NCBI GenBank assembly: GCA_034520965.1
Contig: JAXHMY010000003.1
Coordinates: forward strand, 96,001 to 160,000
Length of the DNA: 64,000 nt
Source: Spirochaetia bacterium
GTDB taxonomy: Bacteria; Spirochaetota; Spirochaetia; DSM-16054; Sediminispirochaetaceae
Direction: 5' to 3'
Part shown: in pieces, positions 12,076-22,379 of the stretch
How positions within the stretch are numbered: position 1 is the stretch's first letter
Layout of the letters: each line of letters opens with the position of its first letter
Notes under the pieces: generated by a model
Databases searched by the model: none
Told to the model about the DNA's origin: nothing
The model's input: only the letters and a program-made list of their open reading frames with translations
Program-made: the position numbers and the translations under genes

Positions 12076-12227
12076 TGCTATATAGTGTAAAAGTTTTTCT
12101 ACTTTTTTGCTACAGCCTCAATTGCTGCTACAGCTGTAGAAAAACTGTTACACAGGCAATACACTTGCAGTCAAAATGCTAATTTTGAAAAAACTGTATA
12201 AAAATCCAATTTTTTTCTAAAGGTGGG

Positions 12228-12256
12228 TAAAGTTTATGCCGGGGGTGTGCCGAAGG
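12228..12256 (+). promoter_or_regulatory. Possible sigma-28 promoter of first flaB
   Basis: TAAAGTTT...GCCGAAGG; spacing is 2 nt longer than the canonical TAAA-N15-GCCGATAA. Confidence 0.4.
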
Positions 12257-12375
12257 TATAAGTGTGGAAGGAGTCACCGCGGAAAGACTTTAAAGCACTT
12301 CTTTCATTCTTTTTTATATATCGGTCATACTTGAGACCGATTTAGAAAAAATTTGCCTCTTAAGGCAAAAAATTG

Positions 12376-12391
12376 AGGGCAAGGATGCCCT
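12376..12391 (+). promoter_or_regulatory. Putative CsrA-binding hairpin in flaB leader
   Basis: AGGGCA-AGGA-TGCCCT, GGA in loop, just upstream of SD AAGGAGG. Confidence 0.7.
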
Positions 12392-12415
12392 TATACACTT
12401 CAAGGAGGAGATTGT

Positions 12416-13276
12416 ATGATTATTAATCACAACATGAGCGCAATGTTTGCGCAAAACCAGCTGAAGAATACCAACGGTATGCTCGAAAAGAACATCGAAA
12501 AACTGTCTTCAGGCCTTCGTATTAACCGTGCCGGCGACGATGCATCCGGTTTAGCTGTAAGTGAGAAAATGCGGGCGCAAATCCGTGGTTTGAACCAGGC
12601 TTCCCGAAACGCTGAAAACGGCATCTCTTTTATTCAAACCACAGAAGGCTATCTGCAGGAATCTCAGGACATCATGCATAGAATGCGTGAACTGGCTGTA
12701 CAGTCAGCCAACGGCATCTACAGCGACGAGGACAGAATGATGATCCAGGTAGAAATCAGCCAGCTGGTTGATGAAATCGACCGAATTGCCAGCCATGCCC
12801 AGTTTAACGGTATGAATATGCTGACCGGCCGTTTTGCTGCAGAGAGCGGAGAAAACACCGTAACCGCCTCTATGTGGTTCCACATTGGTGCGAACATGGA
12901 TCAGCGGGAGCAAGTGTACATCGGCACAATGACTTCTGAAGCTCTTGGTGTGCGCCAGATGGGTACCGGCGAAACCATAACAATGGCAAGCCCGGAGGAA
13001 GCCAACCGCTCAATCGGTTCAATTGATTCGGCTCTGAAGTCCATCAACAAGCAGCGTGCGGACCTTGGTGCCTATCAGAATCGACTGGAACATGCAGTCC
13101 GTGGAATTGACGTTGGGGCAGAGAACCTCCAGGCTGCCGAATCACGGATCAGAGACGTTGACATGGCTAGGGAAATGGTGGATTACACAAAGAACCAGAT
13201 TCTCCAACAGGCTGGAAACGCAATGCTCGCCCAGGCTAACACAAAAACACAATCGGTCTTGCAACTATTGGGATAG
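12416..13276 (+). CDS. flaB: Flagellar filament core protein FlaB
   Basis: [45 protein letters not shown] present. Confidence 0.97.
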   Translation: MIINHNMSAMFAQNQLKNTNGMLEKNIEKLSSGLRINRAGDDASGLAVSEKMRAQIRGLNQASRNAENGISFIQTTEGYLQESQDIMHRMRELAVQSANGIYSDEDRMMIQVEISQLVDEIDRIASHAQFNGMNMLTGRFAAESGENTVTASMWFHIGANMDQREQVYIGTMTSEALGVRQMGTGETITMASPEEANRSIGSIDSALKSINKQRADLGAYQNRLEHAVRGIDVGAENLQAAESRIRDVDMAREMVDYTKNQILQQAGNAMLAQANTKTQSVLQLLG

Positions 13277-13453
13277 CGCGTTATATTTAGACTTGTAGGT
13301 TTATAGTTCTTTGAAAACATACCCTCCTAGTATTGGTATTAAATTAAGGTGATGGGCCGGCCTTTCAGGTCGGCCGCATCTCTTTAACATGTGGGGATCA
13401 GTCCGGAAGGGGCGCAAAAAAGGCCTTCCCTGTTCCTTACGGTTGATATCATG

Positions 13454-13472
13454 AAAGGCAAGGAATGCCTTT
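13454..13472 (+). promoter_or_regulatory. Putative CsrA-binding hairpin in second flaB leader
   Basis: AAAGGCA-AGGAA-TGCCTTT, GGA in loop, upstream of SD AAGGAGG. Confidence 0.7.
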
Positions 13473-13495
13473 ACACAGTAATCAAGGAGGGTTAT

Positions 13496-14347
13496 ATGAT
13501 TATTAATCACAACATGAGCGCCTTGTACGCAAATCGCCAAGTTGGGCTGGCAAATCAATCCGTAAAAGGTAATATTGAAAAGCTCAGCTCAGGAATGCGG
13601 ATTAATCGGGCATCCGATGATGCATCCGGACTCGCTGTAAGCGAGAAAATGCGAGCGCAGATACGAGGTCTCAACCAGGCTGAACGCAACATTGAAAACG
13701 GAGTTTCCTTCATTCAGACAACAGAGGGATATTTACAAGAATCCCAGGATATTTTACACCGACTACGGGAACTTTCAGTGCAGTCAGCCAATGGTATTTA
13801 CTCCCAGGAAGATCGCATGCAGATTCAGGTTGAGGTCTCTCAGCTTGTAGATGAAATTAATCGGATTGCATCCCACGCACAGTTTAACGGTATGAATATG
13901 CTTACCGGCGGATTTGCAGAGGATACTCAAAGCGGGCAGATAATGCAGTTTCAGGTTGGTGCAAATATGGACCAAAATGAACGCGTATACATTGGAACAA
14001 TGACTGCTCAGGCGCTCGGCCTGCAGGGAGCACAGGGTGAAGAAGGAACTATTTCTATTTCAAACCCTGAAGCAGCGAACATGGCAATCGGCTCAATCGA
14101 CAGTGCCCTACAGCAAGTTTCACGGCAACGTGCCAACCTTGGCGCGTATCAAAACCGTTTTGAAAAAGCTGCTGATGGTGTTGCAATTGCAGCTGAAAAC
14201 CTTACTGCTGCTGAGTCACAGATCCGTGATGTAGACATGGCCTCTGAAATGGTCAACTACATGAAAAACCAGATTCTGACTCAGTCTTCAACAGCGATGC
14301 TCGCACAGGCAAACACACAGACACAATCGGTACTGCAACTACTGTAA
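13496..14347 (+). CDS. flaB: Flagellar filament core protein FlaB (second paralog)
   Basis: True start MIINHNMSA at 13496 after AAGGAGG; flagellin N- and C-terminal motifs. Confidence 0.97.
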   Translation: MIINHNMSALYANRQVGLANQSVKGNIEKLSSGMRINRASDDASGLAVSEKMRAQIRGLNQAERNIENGVSFIQTTEGYLQESQDILHRLRELSVQSANGIYSQEDRMQIQVEVSQLVDEINRIASHAQFNGMNMLTGGFAEDTQSGQIMQFQVGANMDQNERVYIGTMTAQALGLQGAQGEEGTISISNPEAANMAIGSIDSALQQVSRQRANLGAYQNRFEKAADGVAIAAENLTAAESQIRDVDMASEMVNYMKNQILTQSSTAMLAQANTQTQSVLQLL

Positions 14348-14445
14348 GACACCTAGTGTTCAATTAAGCAAAGATGAGATTTCTGGACGTTTTCTCATCT
14401 ACTATTTAGGGGGAGGCCCGGCGCCCCTCCTCCTTCTTTATTTAG

Positions 14446-14828
14446 GTGGTAATTATGGAACTGCATTTGAATGATGTAGGTGCACAGAACAGGCAGTTTA
14501 CTGCAGCGGCTTTTGAACAGAAGGAGTTTCGAGTTCAAAATGCGCAGAAAGAAGCTCAGCGGAAACAAGCGGCGGCGGCTAAGGCCAAGGAAAAAAGAAA
14601 AGAGACCGTAGATCCCGAAATTTACCTAAAAGATATTCTCACTATCACCAGCATCTTTAACAGAAGGCTCTAGAATCCAGTATAAATAGAGAGTCGAACC
14701 AGGTGATCGTCAAGGTCATTGACGGCGAAACCGATAATGTTATTAAGGAGATTCCCCCGGAAGCACTTCAGCGTCTGCATTCACGTATGCGTGAGAGTAT
14801 CGGACTTCTGATTGATGAAGAGATATAG
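14446..14828 (+). pseudogene. flaG: Flagellar protein FlaG, interrupted at ~14671
   Basis: ...IFNRRL then TAG; another frame continues SINRESNQVIVKVIDGETDNVIKEIPPEALQRL...IGLLIDEEI*; position between flaB and fliD. Confidence 0.85.
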
Positions 14829-14862
14829 TCCATATTTTAACCGGGGGATCAGGTAGCGAGAA

Positions 14863-16872
14863 ATGTCTGATATCAGCATCCCCGGGGTATCCAGTAAATA
14901 TAACACCGGTAAAATGATAGATGCCATCATGGAGGCGGAAAAAGTTCCGCTCAACCGGATGGAAAATCGTCAGGAAACCTTTAACCGGCAGAAAAAAGTC
15001 TGGAACGAAGTAAATCGTAAACTCAGTTCATTACAGGAAAACGCCCGGGGTCTCTATAGTTTTGACAACCCCTTTAGGGAGTACGTGGCAAACTCTACTT
15101 CCCCTGAAATAATTTCTGCGAGTGCCGACCGGAATGCCGCAAAGGGTATAGAGAAAATCAGTGTACAACAAGTCGCGTCAAATGATGCATTTCGTTCGCG
15201 CCCTTTAAGCTCAGATTTCAGTATCAACGCCGGCGAATATGCTTTTAAAATCGGAGAACAGGAAGTTGAGTTTTCTTTTGACGGCGGTGATAGTGAGGAC
15301 TTTGTTCGCAGGTTAAACCGCCGCGGGAAAGGGTTAATCGAAGCCCGGCTTATCCGAGACACCCCTGAAACAAATATCTTGCTTATTGAAAGCACCAAGA
15401 CCGGTGCAGACAATCAACTCACCTTCTTAAAGGATTCTCAAGCTATGGGTGAGTCCACAGGCCTGCTGGCCAGAGTCTCTACAGGTGAGCGTAATATTGC
15501 TATCAACTCAGATACTGCATCGAGCATCGAGTCTTCTCGCTTGAGAGGAGAGTTTCAACTGCAGGACGGCAATTTAGTGGTTCCCCCGGGCACTTCAGCA
15601 CAAATTCAAGTAAGTCCTCCGGTACAGCCTGAAAAAAGCCTCCAGCTCGTTCTTGAAGTACAGGTAAGGGAACTTCCTCAAGATGAGTACCAGGTCCCCT
15701 CCCCTCCTCCTGGTCCGCAGCTTCCCGATGCAGGAGGGGTTGAGCTCGAGGGAATCGAGGTTCAGAACGCTCCCGGTGAAGTTGAAACGCCACCCTGGGA
15801 ACCGCCGCCGAAGCCTGAAACAGTTGAAACACTGCAAGTGCTCTCAATAAATGAAGCACATGAGCTTCCCGAGTTGACAGCTACCGAGGAACCCCAGAAA
15901 CTTACCATCCCTCTGTCCGATTTAGGTGCCGCTGTGCGTTCAATTGACATTCGCAACAGAAATACTGGCCGCCGCATTTCTGTAAACCAGGCGCAAATAG
16001 AAAATCCTAAAGCCAGGGGCGAATTTCAACCCCAATTTCCGGTATCCACTGCTCAAAATGCACAGCTAACCGTGAATGGAATACCCATAGAGCGGAATAA
16101 TAATAATATAGACGATGTCATTCCCGGTGTAACCCTTACACCCCAGATGGCTTCCGATAGAACAGTTGAAATAAATGTAGAACCTGACAAAGAAGCTATA
16201 AAGAATGGACTTATCCAGTTTTTAGGCAGTTACAATCAAACCTTGACAGAAGTAAATATTCTTACAAGTAATCGTGAGAGCGTAATTGAGGAAATCGGTT
16301 ATTTTGAAGACGCAGATCGTGAGGCGGCTCGCGAAAAATTAGGCATGTTTTCCGGTGACAGCAGCTTTATGCAACTAAAAAACCGTCTTCAGCGGATTGC
16401 CAGTGCTTCCTATGAGACCTCGGCCGGTCGAGAACTCAGCATGCTGAGCCAGATGGGAATTTCTACCAATGCCTCCGGAGGAGCTGGTTCGGTAAGCCGG
16501 TCAAAATTACGCGGATATTTGGAAGTAGATGAATCTCAATTAGATGAGGCCATCGACCAGCACCTGCCGGCTATCAAAGAACTGTTTGGCCAGGATACCG
16601 ACGGAGATTTAGTAGTTGATTCAGGTATAGCTGTTGAAATCAGCAATTTTGTGAATGCCTACACCCGCAACAATGGTTTAATTGATACTCGTACAAGCAG
16701 TATTGATCGGCAGATCGACGAAACAGAAGATGAAATTAACGATTTTAAACGACGTTTGGAAGATAAAGAGACTGATCTGAAGCGCAAGTACGGCCGTATG
16801 GAGGGTGCTTTAGGAGACCTGGAAGACAGTAGAAGATCTATAGAGGGCTTACAGCAACGTAATTCACAGTAG
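14863..16872 (+). CDS. fliD: Flagellar filament capping protein FliD
   Basis: MSDISIPGV...IDAIMEAEKVP start, NNIDDVIPGVTL, LSQMGIST, C-terminal coiled coil. Confidence 0.93.
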   Translation: MSDISIPGVSSKYNTGKMIDAIMEAEKVPLNRMENRQETFNRQKKVWNEVNRKLSSLQENARGLYSFDNPFREYVANSTSPEIISASADRNAAKGIEKISVQQVASNDAFRSRPLSSDFSINAGEYAFKIGEQEVEFSFDGGDSEDFVRRLNRRGKGLIEARLIRDTPETNILLIESTKTGADNQLTFLKDSQAMGESTGLLARVSTGERNIAINSDTASSIESSRLRGEFQLQDGNLVVPPGTSAQIQVSPPVQPEKSLQLVLEVQVRELPQDEYQVPSPPPGPQLPDAGGVELEGIEVQNAPGEVETPPWEPPPKPETVETLQVLSINEAHELPELTATEEPQKLTIPLSDLGAAVRSIDIRNRNTGRRISVNQAQIENPKARGEFQPQFPVSTAQNAQLTVNGIPIERNNNNIDDVIPGVTLTPQMASDRTVEINVEPDKEAIKNGLIQFLGSYNQTLTEVNILTSNRESVIEEIGYFEDADREAAREKLGMFSGDSSFMQLKNRLQRIASASYETSAGRELSMLSQMGISTNASGGAGSVSRSKLRGYLEVDESQLDEAIDQHLPAIKELFGQDTDGDLVVDSGIAVEISNFVNAYTRNNGLIDTRTSSIDRQIDETEDEINDFKRRLEDKETDLKRKYGRMEGALGDLEDSRRSIEGLQQRNSQ

Positions 16873-16897
16873 CCACTGCACGAAAAAGGAGCTTAAT

Positions 16898-17839
16898 TTG
16901 AGAATCAGCATAAATGAAAAGGCAATTGATTTTTCCCTCGAGAATGAAAAAACTCTTGGCGACGTTATTGATGGTATACATGCATGGCTTGAAGATTCTG
17001 GGTATCAGATTTTCTCAATTGAATATGACGGCACCACAATTGTTCCAAGTGGCGAGGAAGATGAAAAATGGAAACAGCAGCCAATCGACAACATGCAAGA
17101 CCTGGATATTACAGTTCTCTCCGCTACCGAGCAGTATGGTCAGGATCTTCATACCCTATATCAGTACATTTCGCTTCTGCAACGGGCTATAGCATCCGAT
17201 AACCGTGAACTTATCAAGGACCTTAAAAATGAACTCCCGTATATAGTAAACAATATTGACCGAATATTGGGCTCTCAAAATGAATACGGCCAGGTGTTGG
17301 AAAAGCTGGTCGAGGGCTCGGGTATCAAAAATGGAGAAATAAAACCGGCGGTGCAACAACTGCTTTCCTACTTAAACAACCTGTTAATCATACTCCAGTC
17401 GCGCATAAATGAGGTAACTCAACCGCTTACTGAACTCCGTTCTACAGCTGAAGGTTTGAGAACTCTTGTACCTCAATTGATGGACGTCTCAGTATACCTT
17501 CAGACCGGCAAAGATAAAAAGGCAATGAGTTCTATTATTGAGTTTACTGAGATCTCCGAAAAACTTATCCGTTTGTACCGTCTTTTGCAGAACCAGGGAA
17601 TCACCGACCTTTCAAAAACTCAATTTGATGGACAGGACTTTACCACTTTTTACTCTGAATTAAATGAAATATTTCATGAACTGGAGGATGCCTTTAATTC
17701 AAAGGATTCAGTATTAATCGGAGATTTATTAGAATATGAAGTCGCTCCACGCACAGAAAAATTGATGGAGTTTATTTTAACTATAGAGAACAATTTTGAT
17801 ACCAGCGGGACAAAACCACAAAACAAAAGTGAGGGTTGA
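16898..17839 (+). CDS. Conserved hypothetical protein downstream of fliD
   Basis: 313-aa acidic ORF, SD AGGAG, C-terminal KDSVLIGDLLEYE. Confidence 0.7.
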   Translation: MRISINEKAIDFSLENEKTLGDVIDGIHAWLEDSGYQIFSIEYDGTTIVPSGEEDEKWKQQPIDNMQDLDITVLSATEQYGQDLHTLYQYISLLQRAIASDNRELIKDLKNELPYIVNNIDRILGSQNEYGQVLEKLVEGSGIKNGEIKPAVQQLLSYLNNLLIILQSRINEVTQPLTELRSTAEGLRTLVPQLMDVSVYLQTGKDKKAMSSIIEFTEISEKLIRLYRLLQNQGITDLSKTQFDGQDFTTFYSELNEIFHELEDAFNSKDSVLIGDLLEYEVAPRTEKLMEFILTIENNFDTSGTKPQNKSEG

Positions 17840-17842
17840 TAG

Positions 17843-18964
17843 GTGGAGTTATTTATTCTTCAGGTAATGCCGACTTTGCAGGAAGCTGATACGACCTCTA
17901 CCATCATCGCAATCGCGGTATTTGGGATATTTATTTTATTCTTGGTAATCGCTGGTATGCGCGGAAATCAGACAAGTTCCGGTGGAGGCGGCGGAAAGAA
18001 AAAGGCAAAGTTCAATAAGCGTAAGTTTCGACGTTACGCAGCTAATCGAGGTCTCACCCGCCAAGAAGCCCTTACTTTAGAGGACATAATCCGTCGTAAT
18101 AGGGTTTATAGTCCCTACTCCCTACTGAACAATACCCCGGCCTTAGACAGTAACCTTCGTAAAACCCTAAATGAAATTGAGGAAAGCGGCCTTGAAACTA
18201 ATTTGCGAGAGGCCAAAAAGCTCACTCTCTACCGCATAAAACAGAAGATTGAACGTAGTACAAAGGGAGTTAAACCCCCTTCATCTTCACGGCAGCTAAA
18301 GGTAGGTCAGGCCGTGTCTTTGTCGGTAAATAATGTACGCTATCAGACAAAAATTACTTCTAATCTGGAGAAAAGCTTTGGAATCGAAGTTCCTAAGGAT
18401 AAAACCGGTACAGAGATTCGCTGGCGTAAATGGACTAAGACTCAAATATATTTTTGGCGCCCCAACGGGCAAAGCTTTTCTTTCGATACCAAAATAGTTG
18501 GTTACAACGTAATCCGCGGAATATCGAGCGTTTTTTTGCAGCATAGTGAAGCAATTAAGGAGGCTCAGCAGCGACGTTACCGTAGAAAACCGATTGAACG
18601 GCCGGCTTATATCTATCCGATACGCATTATTACTTCAGGCTTTGGTAAAAACAGCACCCGCAAAGCAATAGTGGATAAAAACAGAGGTAATCTGGCCACC
18701 TTAATCGACATATCAGCCGGAGGCTGTGCCATGCGCAGTTCCTATCCGTTAAATCGCGGAGAGCTCTTAAAAGTAGAATTTGAAACAGAAAATCGCCAAA
18801 AGGTAACAGTGTTTGGAAAGGTTATGGGAATGACAAAATCTTATCCAACCGGAGGCATTATGCATATTATGTTTACCAGAGTTTCACGGTCCCATATGAA
18901 CCATATCAACAGCTTTATTTACAGTTTTGAACAAGCCCGGGAGCGTCGTTACCCGCGGTTGTAG
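17843..18964 (+). CDS. Membrane-anchored PilZ-domain (YcgR/flagellar brake-like) protein
   Basis: N-terminal TM; QRRYRR and DISAGG motifs. Confidence 0.85.
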   Translation: MELFILQVMPTLQEADTTSTIIAIAVFGIFILFLVIAGMRGNQTSSGGGGGKKKAKFNKRKFRRYAANRGLTRQEALTLEDIIRRNRVYSPYSLLNNTPALDSNLRKTLNEIEESGLETNLREAKKLTLYRIKQKIERSTKGVKPPSSSRQLKVGQAVSLSVNNVRYQTKITSNLEKSFGIEVPKDKTGTEIRWRKWTKTQIYFWRPNGQSFSFDTKIVGYNVIRGISSVFLQHSEAIKEAQQRRYRRKPIERPAYIYPIRIITSGFGKNSTRKAIVDKNRGNLATLIDISAGGCAMRSSYPLNRGELLKVEFETENRQKVTVFGKVMGMTKSYPTGGIMHIMFTRVSRSHMNHINSFIYSFEQARERRYPRL

Positions 18965-19058
18965 CTTTTAATTGTGAGGTATCTCATTACACACAACCTT
19001 CATTTTATTGTAGAGCACAGTGTTGACCTGGATTCACTTTTAACCTACATTTCAATAT

Positions 19059-19319
19059 ATGAAAGTGCTTGAAATTAAGGATATTACCAAAAAAAATATT
19101 CCACTCCATTATCGTAATGAGTTCAAGGGTTCTGCGGTGTTTGAATACCTCCCTCAGAAGCAAGAAGAGAGTCCGGTTGAGTTTACTCTAGAGCATTCCG
19201 CCAATGGTGATATCGATATATCCGTAAAAATACTAAAGAAAATCAATTACCCCCTCTTACCGGCAATAAAATCCCTTAAGGCACACATTCGCTATTTAGA
19301 AAAACAAGGTAAACTCTAG
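19059..19319 (+). CDS. Hypothetical protein, first gene of tsaE operon
   Basis: 86-aa ORF behind TTGACC-17-TACATT, 2 nt before tsaE. Confidence 0.65.
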   Translation: MKVLEIKDITKKNIPLHYRNEFKGSAVFEYLPQKQEESPVEFTLEHSANGDIDISVKILKKINYPLLPAIKSLKAHIRYLEKQGKL

Positions 19320-19321
19320 AA

Positions 19322-19756
19322 ATGCAACAGCTGCACACAGCCTCAGCAGAAGAGACAATCCGTCTGGGCCAAAAAATTGGCATTAAAGTTGCTCCAGGAG
19401 ATATAATTACCCTGCACGGGTCTCTTGGCTGCGGTAAAACAACACTAGTAAAGGGTATCGCCGACTCCCTTGAAATTGATGATGAAATCACCAGCCCCAG
19501 CTACACCTTAATTTCTGAATACGAGGGACGGATTCCTATGTACCATATGGATTTGTATCGAATCGACAGTATAGAGGAGTTCGAACTATTAGGAGCTGAA
19601 GAACTTCTGTATGGAACCGGGGTATCAATAATTGAATGGGCAGAAAAAATTGAACAACTTTTACCCGACACTTGCATCTCGATATCTTTTTACATTGACG
19701 CTGCTGCCGAGCGTGATATAAAAATTGAAGGAATCAAGGAGGTCCTTACGCTTTGA
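19322..19756 (+). CDS. tsaE: t6A biosynthesis ATPase TsaE
   Basis: GSLGCGKTT, ITSPSYTL, HMDLYR, IIEWA. Confidence 0.95.
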   Translation: MQQLHTASAEETIRLGQKIGIKVAPGDIITLHGSLGCGKTTLVKGIADSLEIDDEITSPSYTLISEYEGRIPMYHMDLYRIDSIEEFELLGAEELLYGTGVSIIEWAEKIEQLLPDTCISISFYIDAAAERDIKIEGIKEVLTL

Positions 19757-20484
19757 AGGTATTAGCGATTGATACTTCCACCTCCCTTTTAGGTATAGCT
19801 TTGCAGTCTGAAGAACGGTATTTTGAAATCAACCAGGATGTTGGGCTTCACCATTCAGAAAATTTGCTTACTGAGGTACAGTATATACTCAAAAAAAGCG
19901 AAACTCCTGCACATGAACTAGACCTAATAGTGGTTGCAAAGGGCCCCGGCTCATTTACAGGGCTTCGTATTGGAATTTCTACTGCCAAAGGCTTGTCCTT
20001 CGGCCTGGAAGTACCTGTTGTATCTGTTCCTACTCTTGATATGTATGCTTACTGCTGTAAAATGTACACTCATAAGGTCTTATCATTAATGGATGCTCGT
20101 AAAAACCGTGTGTATGCAGCCTTTTACACACACGGCCTCCAGGAAGGAGAAATTCTCGATATCGCTCCGGCAGAACTCATAGATGAATTCAACAGCTTTC
20201 AGGACATTCTACTTACCGGGCCCTATGCAGGTCATATCTTCGAACTATATTCACAGATAAATGCAGCTGAATCCAGCCTTCCTCCAGCATCTGTTACAAA
20301 TAGTAACCGGGTAAGTATCGATCCTCTGTACGCTGCACCTAAAACGTACGCTCTTCTGAAGCTGGGCATCCGCGCCTTTGAACGCAATGGTGCCGATGCT
20401 GAAAACCAGGGCCCTCTCTACATTCGCCCAAGTGAGGCTGAAATGTCTCTTCAAAAAAAGAGGCATACCGACGAAACTCTATGA
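19753..20484 (+). CDS. tsaB: t6A biosynthesis protein TsaB
   Basis: LAIDTST, HSE, GPGSFTGLRIG, DARK, PLYIR. Confidence 0.95.
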   Translation: MKVLAIDTSTSLLGIALQSEERYFEINQDVGLHHSENLLTEVQYILKKSETPAHELDLIVVAKGPGSFTGLRIGISTAKGLSFGLEVPVVSVPTLDMYAYCCKMYTHKVLSLMDARKNRVYAAFYTHGLQEGEILDIAPAELIDEFNSFQDILLTGPYAGHIFELYSQINAAESSLPPASVTNSNRVSIDPLYAAPKTYALLKLGIRAFERNGADAENQGPLYIRPSEAEMSLQKKRHTDETL

Positions 20485-21617
20485 ACAATAATAATGCCCT
20501 TAATTCCAGCGACCATACTGACTCGTATATGGAAGATATTGAGGAATTAGAATCCCTCGAGGAGTTAGAGAGTACTGAAACCGAGATAACAACTCCTAAA
20601 ACAATGGAGCTTGAAGCCATAGAATCGGGTAAGTTGCTTTCGCATCCTAAAATCCAGCATATTCAGGAGGCAATGAATACTTACACATTTCCCTCTGTGC
20701 TTCTCACATCGAATTTATATATTCTTTATGAAAACTCATCCTACTCTCGTCTTTTCATAAATCCCGACAGACAATTCCCAAGAAATTTGGCCCAGGATTT
20801 TCCCCATGATCTAAGCACTAAACAGAGCGGCAAAGTTTTTACTTCCCTAGGGAGTGCGAAGGAAAACTTCAGTTTCCGAGGCCGTTTACAGGCGATACAT
20901 CGCAGCCGGCTCGACCAGCTTTTCAACGTAAATATTATTCCAATTTTTACCGATTTATCCTCGCAACCGACAGTATACCAGGCCTTTTTTGACAATGTTA
21001 CTAAAGAACAAAAAGACCTGCTGCATAACACATTCCTCAGCCTTCTCGAAGCATCTAAACTTAAAGATAACGACACCGGAAACCATATTCAGAGGGTCGG
21101 TGAATATTCAAAAATCATGTCCCAGCATCTATTTGACCATGGAATTATTTCCGATATAGGCCCTGAGTTTATCCACAATATTCAATTTTTAGCGCAAATG
21201 CATGACGTCGGAAAAATTGGTACGCCCGATGATATTCTAAATAAAGAGGGCCCTTTGGATAAGCGCGAATGGGAAATAATGCAGGAACATACCATTAACG
21301 GCGCTTATATCATGAGTACTTATCCCCACTCAATGGCCAGAGAGATTGCCCTATTTCATCATGAGCACTGGGACGGCACTGGGTATCCTTACAGCATAGC
21401 CGGCGATATGATTCCCCTTTCATCTCGCATTGTTGCGGTTGCCGACGTGTACGATGCTCTGCGCATGCAAAGGAGCTACAAACCTTCCTTTGACCATCGG
21501 AAAGCAACTGCGATTATAACAGACCAAAGAACCACCCATTTTGATCCTACTTTGGTTGACGTATATGTGAAAATTCAGGATGAGTTTGACAGGCTGTATA
21601 CACAGCTCAAAGATTAG
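20481..21617 (+). CDS. HD-GYP c-di-GMP phosphodiesterase with N-terminal PAS-like region
   Basis: TGNHIQRV, HDVGKIG, HHEHWDGTGYP, DVYDAL...R.YK. Confidence 0.9.
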   Translation: MNNNNALNSSDHTDSYMEDIEELESLEELESTETEITTPKTMELEAIESGKLLSHPKIQHIQEAMNTYTFPSVLLTSNLYILYENSSYSRLFINPDRQFPRNLAQDFPHDLSTKQSGKVFTSLGSAKENFSFRGRLQAIHRSRLDQLFNVNIIPIFTDLSSQPTVYQAFFDNVTKEQKDLLHNTFLSLLEASKLKDNDTGNHIQRVGEYSKIMSQHLFDHGIISDIGPEFIHNIQFLAQMHDVGKIGTPDDILNKEGPLDKREWEIMQEHTINGAYIMSTYPHSMAREIALFHHEHWDGTGYPYSIAGDMIPLSSRIVAVADVYDALRMQRSYKPSFDHRKATAIITDQRTTHFDPTLVDVYVKIQDEFDRLYTQLKD

Positions 21618-21619
21618 TT

Positions 21620-21895
21620 TTATTTTTTCTTGTTTTCGACAGAAATTTCGTTCGGGGTATTTACTCGTTCGCCGGTCTGTGAAAGAAGGTCAATTTCCGG
21701 TAGCTGTGTTCCGGTTTTAGCCGCAGCCTGATTCTCTTGCTGAATTGCAGTAAACACTTCTTGCCGGTACACTTTTATATCACGAGGAGCTTTTATACCA
21801 AGTTTTATTTGGTCCCCCTTAATATCTACCACTGAGATCTCTATCTGGTCACCTATCATGATGCTTTCATCTTTTTTGCGGGAAAGTATCAACAT
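21620..21895 (-). CDS. csrA: Carbon storage regulator CsrA
   Basis: [16 protein letters not shown]...[15 protein letters not shown]. Confidence 0.95.
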   Translation of the reverse strand: MLILSRKKDESIMIGDQIEISVVDIKGDQIKLGIKAPRDIKVYRQEVFTAIQQENQAAAKTGTQLPEIDLLSQTGERVNTPNEISVENKKK

Positions 21896-22344
21896 GCCGA
21901 GTTCCTTACCTGTGACAACTCTTCTATTATTTTATGCCGTGTTTTCCAGTTTTCATTTTCTGTTATGCACTGCCGGCCAATATGCAAATCTCTGTTAATT
22001 ATCAGTGGACCCTGAAGGTTAGCGGTCATTTCACGCTGCTCTTCAGGAATAGTGACAATAGTTAAAATTAGCATGCTATCTTTTGAATCCGGGCTAAGCT
22101 GAATTGGTTCAAGGTCTGCGGGCGATACATCAGGTGAATAATCGGGGCGAAAAATTGACGGATCGATAAGTACAAAAGCAATTTCCTGTACTTCCATGGA
22201 CTGGAGCCAATAAAACGGCTGCTGCAAAGCATCTAAAAGTACATAGTTTTTCAAATTTTCGAACCCCAGTAACCCGTAGGGAAAATGGATCTTCTGTCGA
22301 TCATCTACATCAATTAATCCGTACGGTTTTGTATTAACCTTCAT
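21889..22344 (-). CDS. fliW: Flagellar assembly factor FliW
   Basis: [27 protein letters not shown]. Confidence 0.95.
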   Translation of the reverse strand: MKVNTKPYGLIDVDDRQKIHFPYGLLGFENLKNYVLLDALQQPFYWLQSMEVQEIAFVLIDPSIFRPDYSPDVSPADLEPIQLSPDSKDSMLILTIVTIPEEQREMTANLQGPLIINRDLHIGRQCITENENWKTRHKIIEELSQVRNSAC

Positions 22345-22379
22345 ACTTCATCACCTATCCTTATGGTCTAACTATCTTG

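Noticed and set aside
13277..13495. Possible c-di-GMP riboswitch between the flaB genes
   Set aside because: Several GC hairpins but I could not match the GEMM core; left as unexplained structured leader/terminator
13391..13495. 35-aa N-terminal extension on second FlaB in ORF track
   Set aside because: SD and conserved MIINHN start are at 13496
14671..14673. TAG readthrough/recoding in flaG
   Set aside because: The downstream part is in a different frame, so this is an indel rather than stop reassignment; TAG ends many intact genes here
15690..15820. Pro-rich segments in FliD
   Set aside because: Consistent with the variable central region of spirochete FliD
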